64,000 nt of DNA from NCBI GenBank assembly GCA_051362555.1, contig CM120640.1, forward strand, positions 4,402,001 to 4,466,000. Reading direction: 5' to 3'. The notes beneath the pieces were generated by a model. It ran no database searches, was not told the DNA's origin, and saw nothing but the letters and a program-made list of their open reading frames with translations. A program made the translations under genes and the position numbers. Below, piece after piece: positions 51,019 through 64,000 of the stretch (its first letter is position 1; every line of letters begins with the position of its first letter). Source of the stretch: Lingula anatina. Lineage: Eukaryota > Animalia > Brachiopoda.

Positions 51019-53275
51019 TGTTTTCATGTAAAGAACTAATATCATGACATAACTTTTTACAATTTCTCTTATCTCTAGCAAACAACAGTCCTGACATACC
51101 AGCCATTAATACCAATATACATTCCAATATCTGTTAAGGAGCGAGCTTCTTCTGCAGTCCCAGTAAATGAATGAACCTAGATAATGTACAAAGCATATGA
51201 ACTGAAATTAAGTTTTCAAGTATTAACTTACAATAACTTAATTAAATATATGTTAAAAATACTTGTTGAAACAATCTATAAAAAAGTGATAATCAAGAGT
51301 TCTCATGTTGCATTCTACCTTAAAGGCTATGTTTAACACAAGGTTTTAAGCCGTCAATGTACAACACACAAATTTACCACAGCTTTGGAGAATCGCTCAC
51401 GGTTTCGTTTCAGTATGCTTAGAAAATCCTCATTACAATTTCTGGAGTGGAGAAACATGGGAAGGCGAGTTTCTTCTGCAAGCTCAAACTGCTTTTCAAA
51501 ATACCTACAATAAGATAACATTTAACAATTTTAAACAAAATGGGGAAACCTATAGCTACTTTTTCACAAGACCAGGACTTTCATCAATCAAAATTCACTT
51601 TGATTTTTCAATTTTGTTCACCTCAATAACAAGAAACATATTCAAACAAATTTGCTTACTTCAACTGCACATCTTTGGGGCAAAAGTGTAGCCTGTCATA
51701 ATCTGAAAAACAGACAATGAATATCCAAATAAAACCTGCTTTAACACGTTTTTAAGGATCCTAGTGGTCCTGGATAATTCTGTAAATATAATCCAGATTT
51801 TTTAATTCAATGTATCCAGTTATAAACAAAGATGTCAAAGTCCCTAGCAGTGAATTGCTTTTATATACAAAAATCACAAATCTTCACCATATTTACCTAG
51901 ACCACATTCACCTACAGCTACAACCTTGTCCTTGTTTTCTCTTATCAATGTTTTCATGTCATCCAGGTATTGCTCTGGAGAACCTGTTGCCTCAAACTCC
52001 TGGCATCTGGTTGGATGACAGCCAACTGTGCAGTGTAAGGCATCTGGAGGTAGCAGTTTTTATGTATGTTCACATATTTACTATGGTTGTTGTTATCAGA
52101 ATACAAGCTTCTCTGGGTGGATTTTTGATTATCACTGTAGAGTCACAAAAAAACTCATCATTTTATATTAAACATGACTGTACTTGGTAACTATTTAATA
52201 GAGTACTACCATTAGTTTTAGCTAGTTCAAGAGCTTCCTTGCTGTCTTTTAAACTCCCTCCTGTAATGAGAATCTGAAAGATGAAATTATAAGATGATCA
52301 ATATTTGGTTATTTAAAGCTAAAAATAACTGAAAAAGTAAAATTCTTTCTTCTATCTCAGATCTCTCTCTCATTTAAGTATATTTACAGTTTCTTTGGTT
52401 TATTCATGAAATCCACAAATGTATTTTGTGTGTTGTTTTGTTTATCTGCTTTCATTTCTATTCATTCTTAAATGATGATGTACATGTAGTATGTACACCA
52501 CATACATGTATACCTCCATCACCAAATTTCAAGAGTTACCTTTTCCACACCAATGCCAAATGCCCTTTGCAGAACTTCTTGCAAATCATCTGAAAATTGT
52601 AATAATAGGCTAAAATTAACAACAACTTATACATTTAACATTTGCCCAAATTTACTGCCTCTACCTCTTTTTTTCACATTTTCTGAGTGCATTAAAATGC
52701 AGTAAACATAATACGAGTTTACAGATTTACACTCAGTTTACAAGAAACACACAGTCAAACTTAACTTCTTTGGAAGGATACACAGTCATATACCCCATAA
52801 CATACCTTGATGCTTTTTAGAACCATGGTATAACCCTCTGAACATAGGATCTACAATAAAAGTATGTGAGTTAACAACATCATAGAACATGATCTTTCAA
52901 ATTTAAACAAAAATAATAATTAATTTTTATTACTTTACCGATTAAAGCATTAAAAACACCAAAAACAATATACACGTTACTGACGGGGATTGCATGGAAA
53001 ATCTTTCAATGAGTTTACCTGTCAAGTTTGCTCCGATGTCTGTGAACACATGAACATCATGAAAGGACGTAGACGATGACACCGGTCGAGGAGCACACAT
53101 AAAAAAAATATAAAAAGATAAACAATTTAGTGATTAAAAAGGAATTTGCTATTAAATCATTTGATTAAAGCTGCATCAAAATAATGCGTTATGAATTACA
53201 GTATGTGCGGCAATGCGGTGGACATACGATAAACGTACCAATGAAACGAAATGTGGTTCTTATGGGCGCAGCCAT
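50165..53275 (-). CDS. TATDN1: TatD DNase domain-containing 1 (~304 aa)
   Basis: 12 minus-strand exons: 53275-53239, 53039-53019, 52850-52806, 52589-52540, 52273-52210, 52043-51897, 51702-51660, 51504-51378, 51176-51100, 50878-50808, 50632-50500, 50264-50165 (915 nt). Motifs [76 protein letters not shown]. Confidence 0.95.
50972..51016. repeat. (TA)n microsatellite in a TATDN1 intron
   Basis: Run of TA dinucleotides. Confidence 0.9.
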
Positions 53276-53520
53276 CTTTATTTTAAACACAGGGATCTGT
53301 AGAGCAGCTTGAATGAAATTTTTGTCTTGATATACCGTTATTACTTACGATGATATTCGAAAACAATATACATATTACAATTTTTTTCTTAATCTTTTAC
53401 CAATATAATACGTATGTTTTGCGGAGATTATTCATAACGAAACAATTCCCTATGAATCGCGCGCCACCTATAATGCAGCGGGGAAATTTCAGGAGCAAAA
53501 CAACTGAATGGTGTGTGAGT
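53276..53520. promoter_or_regulatory. Bidirectional promoter of TATDN1 and RAE1, with a probable non-coding first exon of RAE1
   Basis: The genes are head-to-head. YY1-like AAGATGGCTGC overlaps the TATDN1 ATG; GCGCGCCA lies at ~53459; a donor GTGAGT at 53515 pairs with the acceptor TTTCTAG| at 54317. Confidence 0.55.
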
Positions 53521-54324
53521 ACTTTAGACGAATGTGCACCTTTATATTATTCTTTACCTTCTGTAGTTAACTTATTAGAGTTCTTCCTAAGCCTTAGCAG
53601 TGAGTCGTTCATATGTTGTATTTTGATTGTGGTTGGAACAAGATTTGAGCTCAAGATTTGATTCGTACCCTTTCTTTTAGTTTGACATCCTCAATCTCAT
53701 GCATTGACTGCTACATTCTCTCTCAAATGGTGCTCAGAACACAAAAGGATGGTCTCCATAGCCTCTTAAAGCTTACTCTGAATCTAGAAGCTCTGTTGGT
53801 GTAATTTAAAAGAAAAAATGATGTATATTGTGTAACTTGTGGCTCTATGGCTAACAAACTGCTTACAAATTAGAGATATTCAGCAAAATTTATCATGCGT
53901 AAAGATTGGAATAAGGAGAACCAGTTTCACATTACTGATATTTTTATTCTACCTGTACTTATTTATTTTACTTATTTTACTTACTTATTTCAAGCACAAA
54001 ATATATTCCTATGCAAGCTTAAGTACTTAGTACGATATTTAGGGTGTTATTATTCACAGTGATGCTAGATAGCTGTTGCTCTAGCTGTGGTCGTACATTG
54101 AGCATTTGTTGGGAGTTTATTTGTTTTCTGTAATAATACCGTTGTTTTATATTAACTCAATTGCAAAATAATTGTTTTGTCATCCTATCATTTCAAACTG
54201 TTTGCTGTTTGTTGTTGAGAATTAAATATGTAATTTCTAAATCATATATGTAGGCAATGCAATGTTTTATGTATGGTTACCTTTTATATGAAAAAAATTT
54301 CTTGTTTTCCTTTCTAGATTCACA

Positions 54325-57300
54325 ATGAATTTATTTGGTGGATCATCAACTGGGTCTTTTGGTGGAGGCTCCTTGTTTGGAGGTAACCAGCAAGTGGTGG
54401 TGAACTATAACCCTATGAAGGATGTGGAGGTAGCCTCTCCACCAGATGACAGTGTCAGTTCTCTCCAGTTCAGCCCAGGGACGCTAACTTCTACATTTCT
54501 AGTGGCTGGAAGCTGGGATAACAATGTAAATTGAATTACATATTTCAAACTGTATAGTGTCTAACAGTAACTTAGTGACGCATAGTGTGCATGTCACTTG
54601 CCTGTCTTCTGACTGACTGGAAAATGGCAAGTTTGGGTGATCAAATATAATTATAAAACCATGGTGGGGATAAAAAGGTGAAAGAAAATATTGTCAGCAT
54701 ATGGTCCTAAACATATTTGTTCATACAATGTGAATAGCTGAAATACAAGCTACTTAACAGAAACTGCTTATTATGGTGGCTACTTTTGAAGTAGGGGGAG
54801 GGGTTGAGTGAAGTTTGTGCAAGTGATCTGTTGTTTGTATATGTTTGGTTTTACACTTATTCTGCTGCCAATCCTGGACTTAATTTAAATCTAATCTATT
54901 TCATAGTGCACAATTAACTATAAAAATAATTCAAGTGCTGATATTTTTTTAAAAAGCACTGTTAGGGAGAAATCTTCTTTACTGACATTGATACCTTCCA
55001 TACACTATAGGGGTTCTAGTTAAGTTTTTCAAGTACATAAAGTTTTTTTTAGATATATAAATAGAATATATTTTTTGGTATAAAATTGTATTTCAAGAAG
55101 AACAGCATGTAATAATGACTTGTATATATGTCAGGTTCGGTGCTGGCAGGTAGAACAGAATGGCCAGACAATACCCAAAGCACAACAGACACATACGGGG
55201 CCCGTGCTGGATGTGGCATGGAGTGATGTAAGTATAAGGAAAACTTAGGTGTCCAGGCAAAAAAGATTTGATACAATCATGGTCATGCTGCAGCAGCTTT
55301 AAAAAAATAACTAAGTAATGTCTGTAATCTTATAACTTAATGCAAGGAGACAAATGTTAATTACGAGATTGACACAGGATCTTTTTTGATAGAAGACAAA
55401 TTGTTGTTGAAAAATGATGGGTCTTGCTGTCTATATGATATGAATGTGCTTCTGTTTGTCAGGATGGCACAAAAGTTTTTACTGCCTCTTGTGACAAAAC
55501 AGCAAAAATGTGGGATTTGGCAAGCAACCAAGCCATGCAGATAGCCCAGGTAAAATTAATGACTTAGATTGTTATATTACCTAAAATGTTTTCCATTTTG
55601 TGCTAAAGTAAGAACAATAAAATTTATCGTCAGGTAGTTCTGATCAGTACATACAAGCCTCAATATGCTCGTGAACAGTAATAGATTATAACGTTTTGAT
55701 ATATTTATGTTTTTGTGTTAGTATGTGAAGTGCAAAAAGAATTGTATAAAAGACTATATCTCTTGGTTCTTTCCCCAGCATGATGCTCCCATTAAAACTA
55801 TCCACTGGATCAAAGCCCCGAGTTATAGCTGTGTGATGACTGGCAGCTGGGATAAAACACTAAAGGTATCATGACCAGAAACATCTAATATATCACTTAG
55901 TAGACTGGTGTATCACTTGATATATAGGCTGGTGCATGGGTAGCTGATGTTTAACTGGCTTTGATGTCAATACTTGTCCTAGTTTTTGTTGTGTTAAATT
56001 TGGCTTTTGGCTTAAAACTGTAGTGATGATACATGGAATCCTTTCTGGTGATTTTCCAATTTCAAGTATTGGTTCAGTTTGTCTGCCAATTTGCCCATTC
56101 ATTTCCATACATCTCAGACAATATTTCCAGTCAGTGGCTTTTCTGAATTTTGTCAGCTTGTGTTAAAGTGCATAAATGAATTTTAAGTAAGACAAAGAAC
56201 TGGAGTCATAAATTGGAGTTCTTAAAAGAAGGTTTTCACTTTTTAGTTCTGGGATACTAGGAGTCCCAATCCAATGATGACTATAAACCTTCCTGAAAGA
56301 GTTTATTGTGCAGATGTGGTAAGTTTAAACGGAAACAGTGTGAAAAGAATTGAAGCAAGACTTTAAAAAATCTGTGATACCTATAGTTGTATTGAAGTAA
56401 AGATATTAAAATTATAAAAAAAGGCTGATCTTCAAATATGTTGTCTATCCACATATGTAAAATTATAGCATTATGCTGAATTTTTAGGTGCTTTTACTTT
56501 AAGATAAATGTGTCTTTCTTTACATTTTCAGCATTACCCAATGGCAGTTGTAGGCATAGCTGGGAGAGGTATCATCATATATCAACTGGAGAACCAGCCA
56601 AGAGAATATAAGACAATGGATTCTCCTCTCAAATATCAGGTTAGACATGAAATGCCCTACAACAGGAAGAAAAAGTACACTTTTTTTCAAGTTTTAAGAC
56701 CTGTAACTGATTTTCAACTTATCATAGCAAATATTGACAAAAACTAATGCTTTTATGCAAGAAATTTTACATAATAATTTGTGGGTAATTTAATTTTTTT
56801 CTGTTGATAATATATTTCATAAATCTTTCAGCATCGGTGCATCAGTATATTCCTGGACAAGAAAACCAATGGCCCGGTGGGTTTTGCTCTGGGTAGCATT
56901 GAGGGAAGAGTGGCCATACAGTACCTCAGTCCTACAAACCCCAAAGATAACTTCACTTTCAAATGCCACAGATCCAATGGTACAACAGGAGGGGCACAGG
57001 ATATTTTTGCAGTAAGAAAATGATGTATTACAGCTTTACTGGTGTCATCCAAAACTGATTATAAAAAATCTATTGTAACTTTATATGCAGAAAAGTGATC
57101 AGAATTCATTATGTGGAAGGAAGGTGTCAGCTTGTAGACATTGACATGTGAAAATCCAGGGGGAGGGGTCTTGTTTGTTTAAGTTGTGCCAAAGATTTGG
57201 TTTTAAGATGACTCCATTGAGCACACTATATGAAAATATTTTCAATATATTATTCAGGTCAATGGCATTGCTTTTCATCCAGTCCATGGCACTTTGGCTA

Positions 57301-57994
57301 CAGTGGGGAGTGATGGAAGATTTAGCTTCTGGGATAAAGATGCCAGAACTAAACTGAAAACCTCCGAGCAGCTCCCTATGCCCATCACTTGCTGCCATTT
57401 TAATGCAGCAGGAAACATTTTTGCTTATGCTTCAAGTTATGATTGGTCAAAGGTAATTTTATAGATTTTAATGATAGTTAACAATACAATAATTGCACTT
57501 GTATTTCACATACAGACTTGTATTTTCATCCTATTGTTGAAAGCGTCAGTTGTGGTATAATTCAACTACAACTACTGCGCCTTGATATAATTACACTCTT
57601 GTATGTCAATTACAGTGGGTGACTTGTGTTGTAACTAGTACACACAATGCGCAACATTTTAACTATACTTCTAAGTGTAACTTAACATGTGAAAGTAACA
57701 AAAGCTTTGGTAACCCAAAAAACTGCTAGTTTATTAACTTTTATCAATACCTCAGGCAGTATTCTTCAGGGGAACTTTATGGTCTTGACGATTTCCACTA
57801 TGCAGATTTACATTTTAAGGGATTCATTTTATGGATAGTGTGATTTGTATGGAAGAGTTTCATTGCATGATAAAATTGAAAGAAATCTTTACATATTCCA
57901 GGGTCACGAAGGGTTTGATCCCCATAAGATGAAACCGCACGTTCTTCTCAGGTCTTGCTATGATGAGTTAAAACCAAGTAACAAGAAATCCTAA
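54325..57994 (+). CDS. RAE1: mRNA export factor Rae1/Gle2 (WD40, ~371 aa)
   Basis: Exons 54325-54525, 55135-55227, 55463-55549, 55779-55865, 56247-56318, 56532-56639, 56832-57011, 57258-57452, 57902-57994 (1116 nt). Motifs [100 protein letters not shown]. Confidence 0.97.
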
Positions 57995-58734
57995 GAGAAG
58001 TATCAACATATTTTGGGAACCCAACTTGACTACAGTGCACAGTAAATACGTATTCAGCCAAATTGTCTGTCGTATGTGCACTTCTTGTGATTTTCAGAAA
58101 ACTGAACAAGAGAGTCTAACATTCGTTATTTGCATGAATATTTAGTTACACCATTAAAGTATGGTAAACAGCACATAAAAAACCTTGTATCATTGGTAAA
58201 ATAGTTTGTCTCCAGTACTGAAAAAATATACCAGAGGCCAGATATTACAGTAACGCAGAAAATAAAAAAAAAAGCAGACAAGCTAACCTATTGTCAGTTT
58301 AAAATATATCATTTATATGTTTAAAAATTTTGTTTTTGAGATTAAAGGCTGTAAGGAAATTACTGTGTGGAATTTGTAAATTATTGTTCAATCACCAGAT
58401 TACCTTTAAAATGGAAAGATCTGATGAAGAGAACTAAAGTTGCAATTTGGAACAAAACACTAATGTAACATAACATTAATTAATTATTAAAGATCAACTT
58501 AAATTCATGTTGTTGTGTGATTCTCTGTTCTGATAACTGCAAGACGGTGAAAATGAACAGTATATTTATTGTCTGTGAGTACAAATCCAATAGACATGAT
58601 GCCATTAAGTAGATAGACTTCTTGTATTCGTGATTTGAAACTATGTTTCTCACCACTTAAAATGCATCAATTTTTCATAGTTCTTACCAGGTAATTAAAA
58701 TTAATATCACTCAATTTAAATTAAGTATCAATTA

Positions 58735-60832
<2,098 letters not shown>

Positions 60833-61204
60833 GGTTCGGATAGTTTCACCTTAGATCACCCCCACCTTTTAACGCTGTTATAAAGTCCGTGTGCGCTATA
60901 TAGTTAGACACAACCTAACCAAAGACCTGAATATGGGACATGGTCCACAGATTATCTGCCAATGGTTCATATTTACACGTGGCGTGTTGTCATACAAATT
61001 GTTGACAATGGACATCACTCAGCCGTCATTCACCCGCCCTGATGTTCTAGGTATTCAGGCAATGCTTCCCTTCTGAACATTGCTAACTTGTAGTGTAATA
61101 AAGCTTTATTCCACTGATATCTGTTACAGGGTGCTAGCTGTCAACTTGATTGGTTGGTACATCTTGAACCTATATAAAGTGACCCTTATTATAATTCCAA
61201 ACTA

Positions 61205-62590
61205 CACACACTGGACAAAAGAAGTGTCACCCCCTAACTCAGAGTAATAAAAGTAGGCAGATCTTGGGTATTTATAATGCCTGGTCTACTTATAACGTGA
61301 CTAATGAGTATAAAACCGCTATACCATTGAATTGTATTGTTGGTCTTGTACATGTACAGCAAATGTTATTCCTGTCTTCCTCCAATATGGCAAGATACAG
61401 GCAATTATCTAACGGTTATAGGTGCAAGTTGTTAACCTGAAGAGGCGGAATATAAGCAATGTCAGAATATCGATACAATTGAATTGTTCAGTCAGAACCG
61501 TGCAGAGGGTCTGGTCTCGGTATAGAAACACTGGATCAAGAGACAATTTGCCTCTGATGGGTCGTCCAAGAAAAAATACTGGCCGTGAAGACCGACGACT
61601 GATTTTGATGTCCAGGTTGTCAAAGTTCGACACTCCTTGTCAGTTGACAACACAGTGGAACAATTTCACACATAAGAATGTGTATGTGAAAATTGCTAGG
61701 CGTCGGTTACATGCTCAGAGAGTGTACAGCAGGGTAGCAAGACTGAAACCTCTTATATCGTTACAAAACAGGCAACGTAGAGTAAACTAGGGTCAACAGG
61801 ATCTGGAACTGGACAGTTCATGACAATTGGTCCTATATATTTTTTCTGATGAGTGTCGCTTTGGTCTGACCTCTGATGACAGACGGGTACTATGCTGGCA
61901 AACTGATGGTAAAGCATTTGAACCACATGCACTGAATTTTCGAACCCGGAGCAGCATATTCATCATGGTGTTGGGCTGCATCAGCATCCATGGCTTGGGC
62001 GAATTGATAGTGGTTAATGGAAACATGAATCACTAGAAATATATCGATGTTTTGGAGTCAGGCTTGCTACCATCTATTACTGACATGTTTGGTGACAGGA
62101 ATTATCCATTTGTTCACCAGGATGACAATGCTCCTTGTCACAGGCCCAGAGCAGTTGATGATTGGTTTGACCAACAGGACATTCGCAGGGTGATGTGGCC
62201 TGCCCAGAGTCCGGATGCAAACATAATAGAAAATGTGTGGAATGATATGTCAAAACTTTTGACAAATGCCCGTCTAACCAGCAGAGAAACTCTGTTATAT
62301 TCAATGTTTCATGCTTGGGCCAGCATAAGCCCTGAACGCATCAGACAATTATATGAAACCTTGCTTCGTAGACTGGCACCTATTATTAGGTCACGTGGTT
62401 ATGCCACTAAGTACTAATTTTGGACTTGAAACTGCATATTTTGGTAGAATGTATATTTTGCTCTCATTTTGTGATTTTTTGTGAAATTTGATGTTAATAA
62501 AATGATACCAGGAGCATATCATTCCACAGTCATTTATCTCCCCCATAGTATTGGCTCAGTAGGGGTGACACTTCTTTTGTCCAGTGTGTG
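61205..62590 (+). mobile_element. Full-length defective Tc1-like transposon (DD34E)
   Basis: Perfect 29-bp TIRs CACACACTGGACAAAAGAAGTGTCACCCC and TA TSDs. The transposase (~61387-62417) has an HTH/GRPRK region, FSDE, QDDNAPCH and SPDANIIE (34 residues between D and E). It is broken by frameshifts (~61420, ~61789, ~61845) and a TAG at 62034. Confidence 0.95.
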
Positions 62591-62724
62591 TACACTACCA
62601 CAATATAAAAAAACGCCATCAAAAATTAATATAGTGTTTTATATAATGGGGGTAAACATTCAAAATTCCTGTGATTCAATGACATCAAATTCCGTTTGTA
62701 TTTAACTTAGAATGGTTGGTACAC

Positions 62725-62935
62725 CAGTGGCGGATTTAGGGGTTGTCAGGGGGATCCTGACCCCCCCCCCCCCCCCTTCGATTTCTGAAAAAAAAAATGG
62801 TCCCCTCTTGAAATTAGAATTTTGACTAGTATATGTGAATCATAGTTCTAAACCGTACCAAATGGCACCGTTCGCCCACAAAAACACCAATTTTTTTTTT
62901 TTTTGGGGGGGGGATAATCCTGGATCCGTCCCTTT
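62725..62935. mobile_element. hAT-like MITE
   Basis: CAGTGGCGGATTTAGGGG..CCTGGATCCGTCCCT termini; related copy at ~8168. Confidence 0.55.
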
Positions 62936-63270
62936 ACACGTAGAGCTAAAAAAACACACTAAGTGACCGTTATTTTAAAAACTAGACTACCAAAATATAA
63001 AAAGGGGTTCTCAACAAATCCATAGATCTATATATTAGGGATGACTTTTTTATTTCTATGATTTAATGAAATTTCATTTTTAAAACACTCTATCAAATAA
63101 AAGTTTTGACTCTTATGACATAAGTACAAAAAACGATGGAACCTTTTAGAAGCCTTACGGAGTTTTACCTGTGATCTCTTCTTAATTCTGTTGCGTTACA
63201 TGTCATGACCAAAGTATATCTTCCCATCCCTTGAGATAGGATCCTTTAACTTGACTTTTTATGTATCTTA

Positions 63271-63678
63271 GACTGCATTCCCACAGATTTAGATCGATCC
63301 ATCTGGATCGACCTAACTCCCTGGGGGTTCACGCTAAATTGCTGTCAGCCGATTGCATACTATAGTTAATTAGCCCCTTACAGCTTTTAGTAGGCGGGAC
63401 AGTAAACTAGTGAGACTCCCCCACGGGGATAGATCGATCTAAAATCTGTGGGAATGCAGTCATAGAGTGCATTCCCAGAGATTTAGATCGATCAATCCGG
63501 ATCGACCCAACTCCCTGGGGGTTCACGCTAAATTGCTGTCAGTCGAGCGCGCACCATAGTTAATAGCCCCTTACAGCTTTTAGTAGGCGGGACAGACATT
63601 TAAGCCGGCTAAGCTGACAGTAATCTAGTGAGACTCCCCACAGGGATAGATCGCTCTAAAATCTGTGGGAATGGGGTC
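63271..63678. mobile_element. Tandem dimer of a Harbinger-type MITE
   Basis: Units 63271-63461 and 63465-63678, each with GA(C/G)TGCATTCCCA(C/G)AGATTT TIRs. Flanks are TTA / ATA / TTA. Confidence 0.8.
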
Positions 63679-64000
63679 TTAGTCTCCCGAAAATTTAAGG
63701 TTAAATAATAATGGTGCTAACATTATAAGATATGAATAGATTTACCTAATGAAGTTCAGTCGACCCTAGGCCACTTTGAAAAAAAAATGCAATTGCCATA
63801 AAATGTCGATTGGCTATTCCAAAATTTTATTTTCGACGACACTGGCTCCAGTGTTGGGATTCATGGGACTGAGTGCGTTTATCACTTTTTGTTTTAAAAT
63901 TGACAAAGTTGGTTAGGTTTTTCTTATGTGATTCAATTGAATTATAATAAATGGGATGTAATCACGTTCTGGGAAAAAAAATTAGCTGTTGATTTAACAG

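Noticed and set aside
56020-56150. Intronic C/D-box snoRNA in RAE1
   Set aside because: GTGATGA and a distant CTGA are present, but I could not identify a terminal stem or an rRNA-complementary guide.
54325-57994. All RAE1 coding introns are phase 0
   Set aside because: As I recall, this largely mirrors the conserved exon structure of animal RAE1, so it is not novel.

Overview
AT-rich, intron-containing animal genomic DNA, probably from a marine invertebrate; the species cannot be read from the sequence. The left two-thirds (1-41 kb) is a transposon-rich tandem pair of PARP14/PARP9-type macro-PARP genes on the + strand. Gene A is represented by its 3' part only (Macro2-Macro3-KH-WWE-ART, H-Y-I mono-ADP-ribosyltransferase triad, stop at 10756). 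Gene B (13969-35123) splices into an uninterrupted ~2266-aa frame with RRM-like domains, a 3x90-aa repeat exon, a KH region, a hydrolase-type Macro1 and Macro3. Gene B has lost the core of Macro2 in frame and is cut off before WWE/ART by a Harbinger-like terminus that supplies the stop codon, so it is a candidate 'eraser/reader-only' paralog next to a 'writer'; a recent pseudogene or a misassembly is not excluded. The right third is a compact housekeeping block: TMEM214 (+), TATDN1 (-), RAE1 (+), regucalcin (-). Mobile DNA includes an L2 3' end, three Tc1 (DD34E) copies, a three-level nest (EnSpm-like > Tc1 > Chapaev-like) with an internal inversion, Helentron-type elements (one carrying a ~145-bp x9 array) and many MITEs. 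All exon boundaries and alignments were made by eye.
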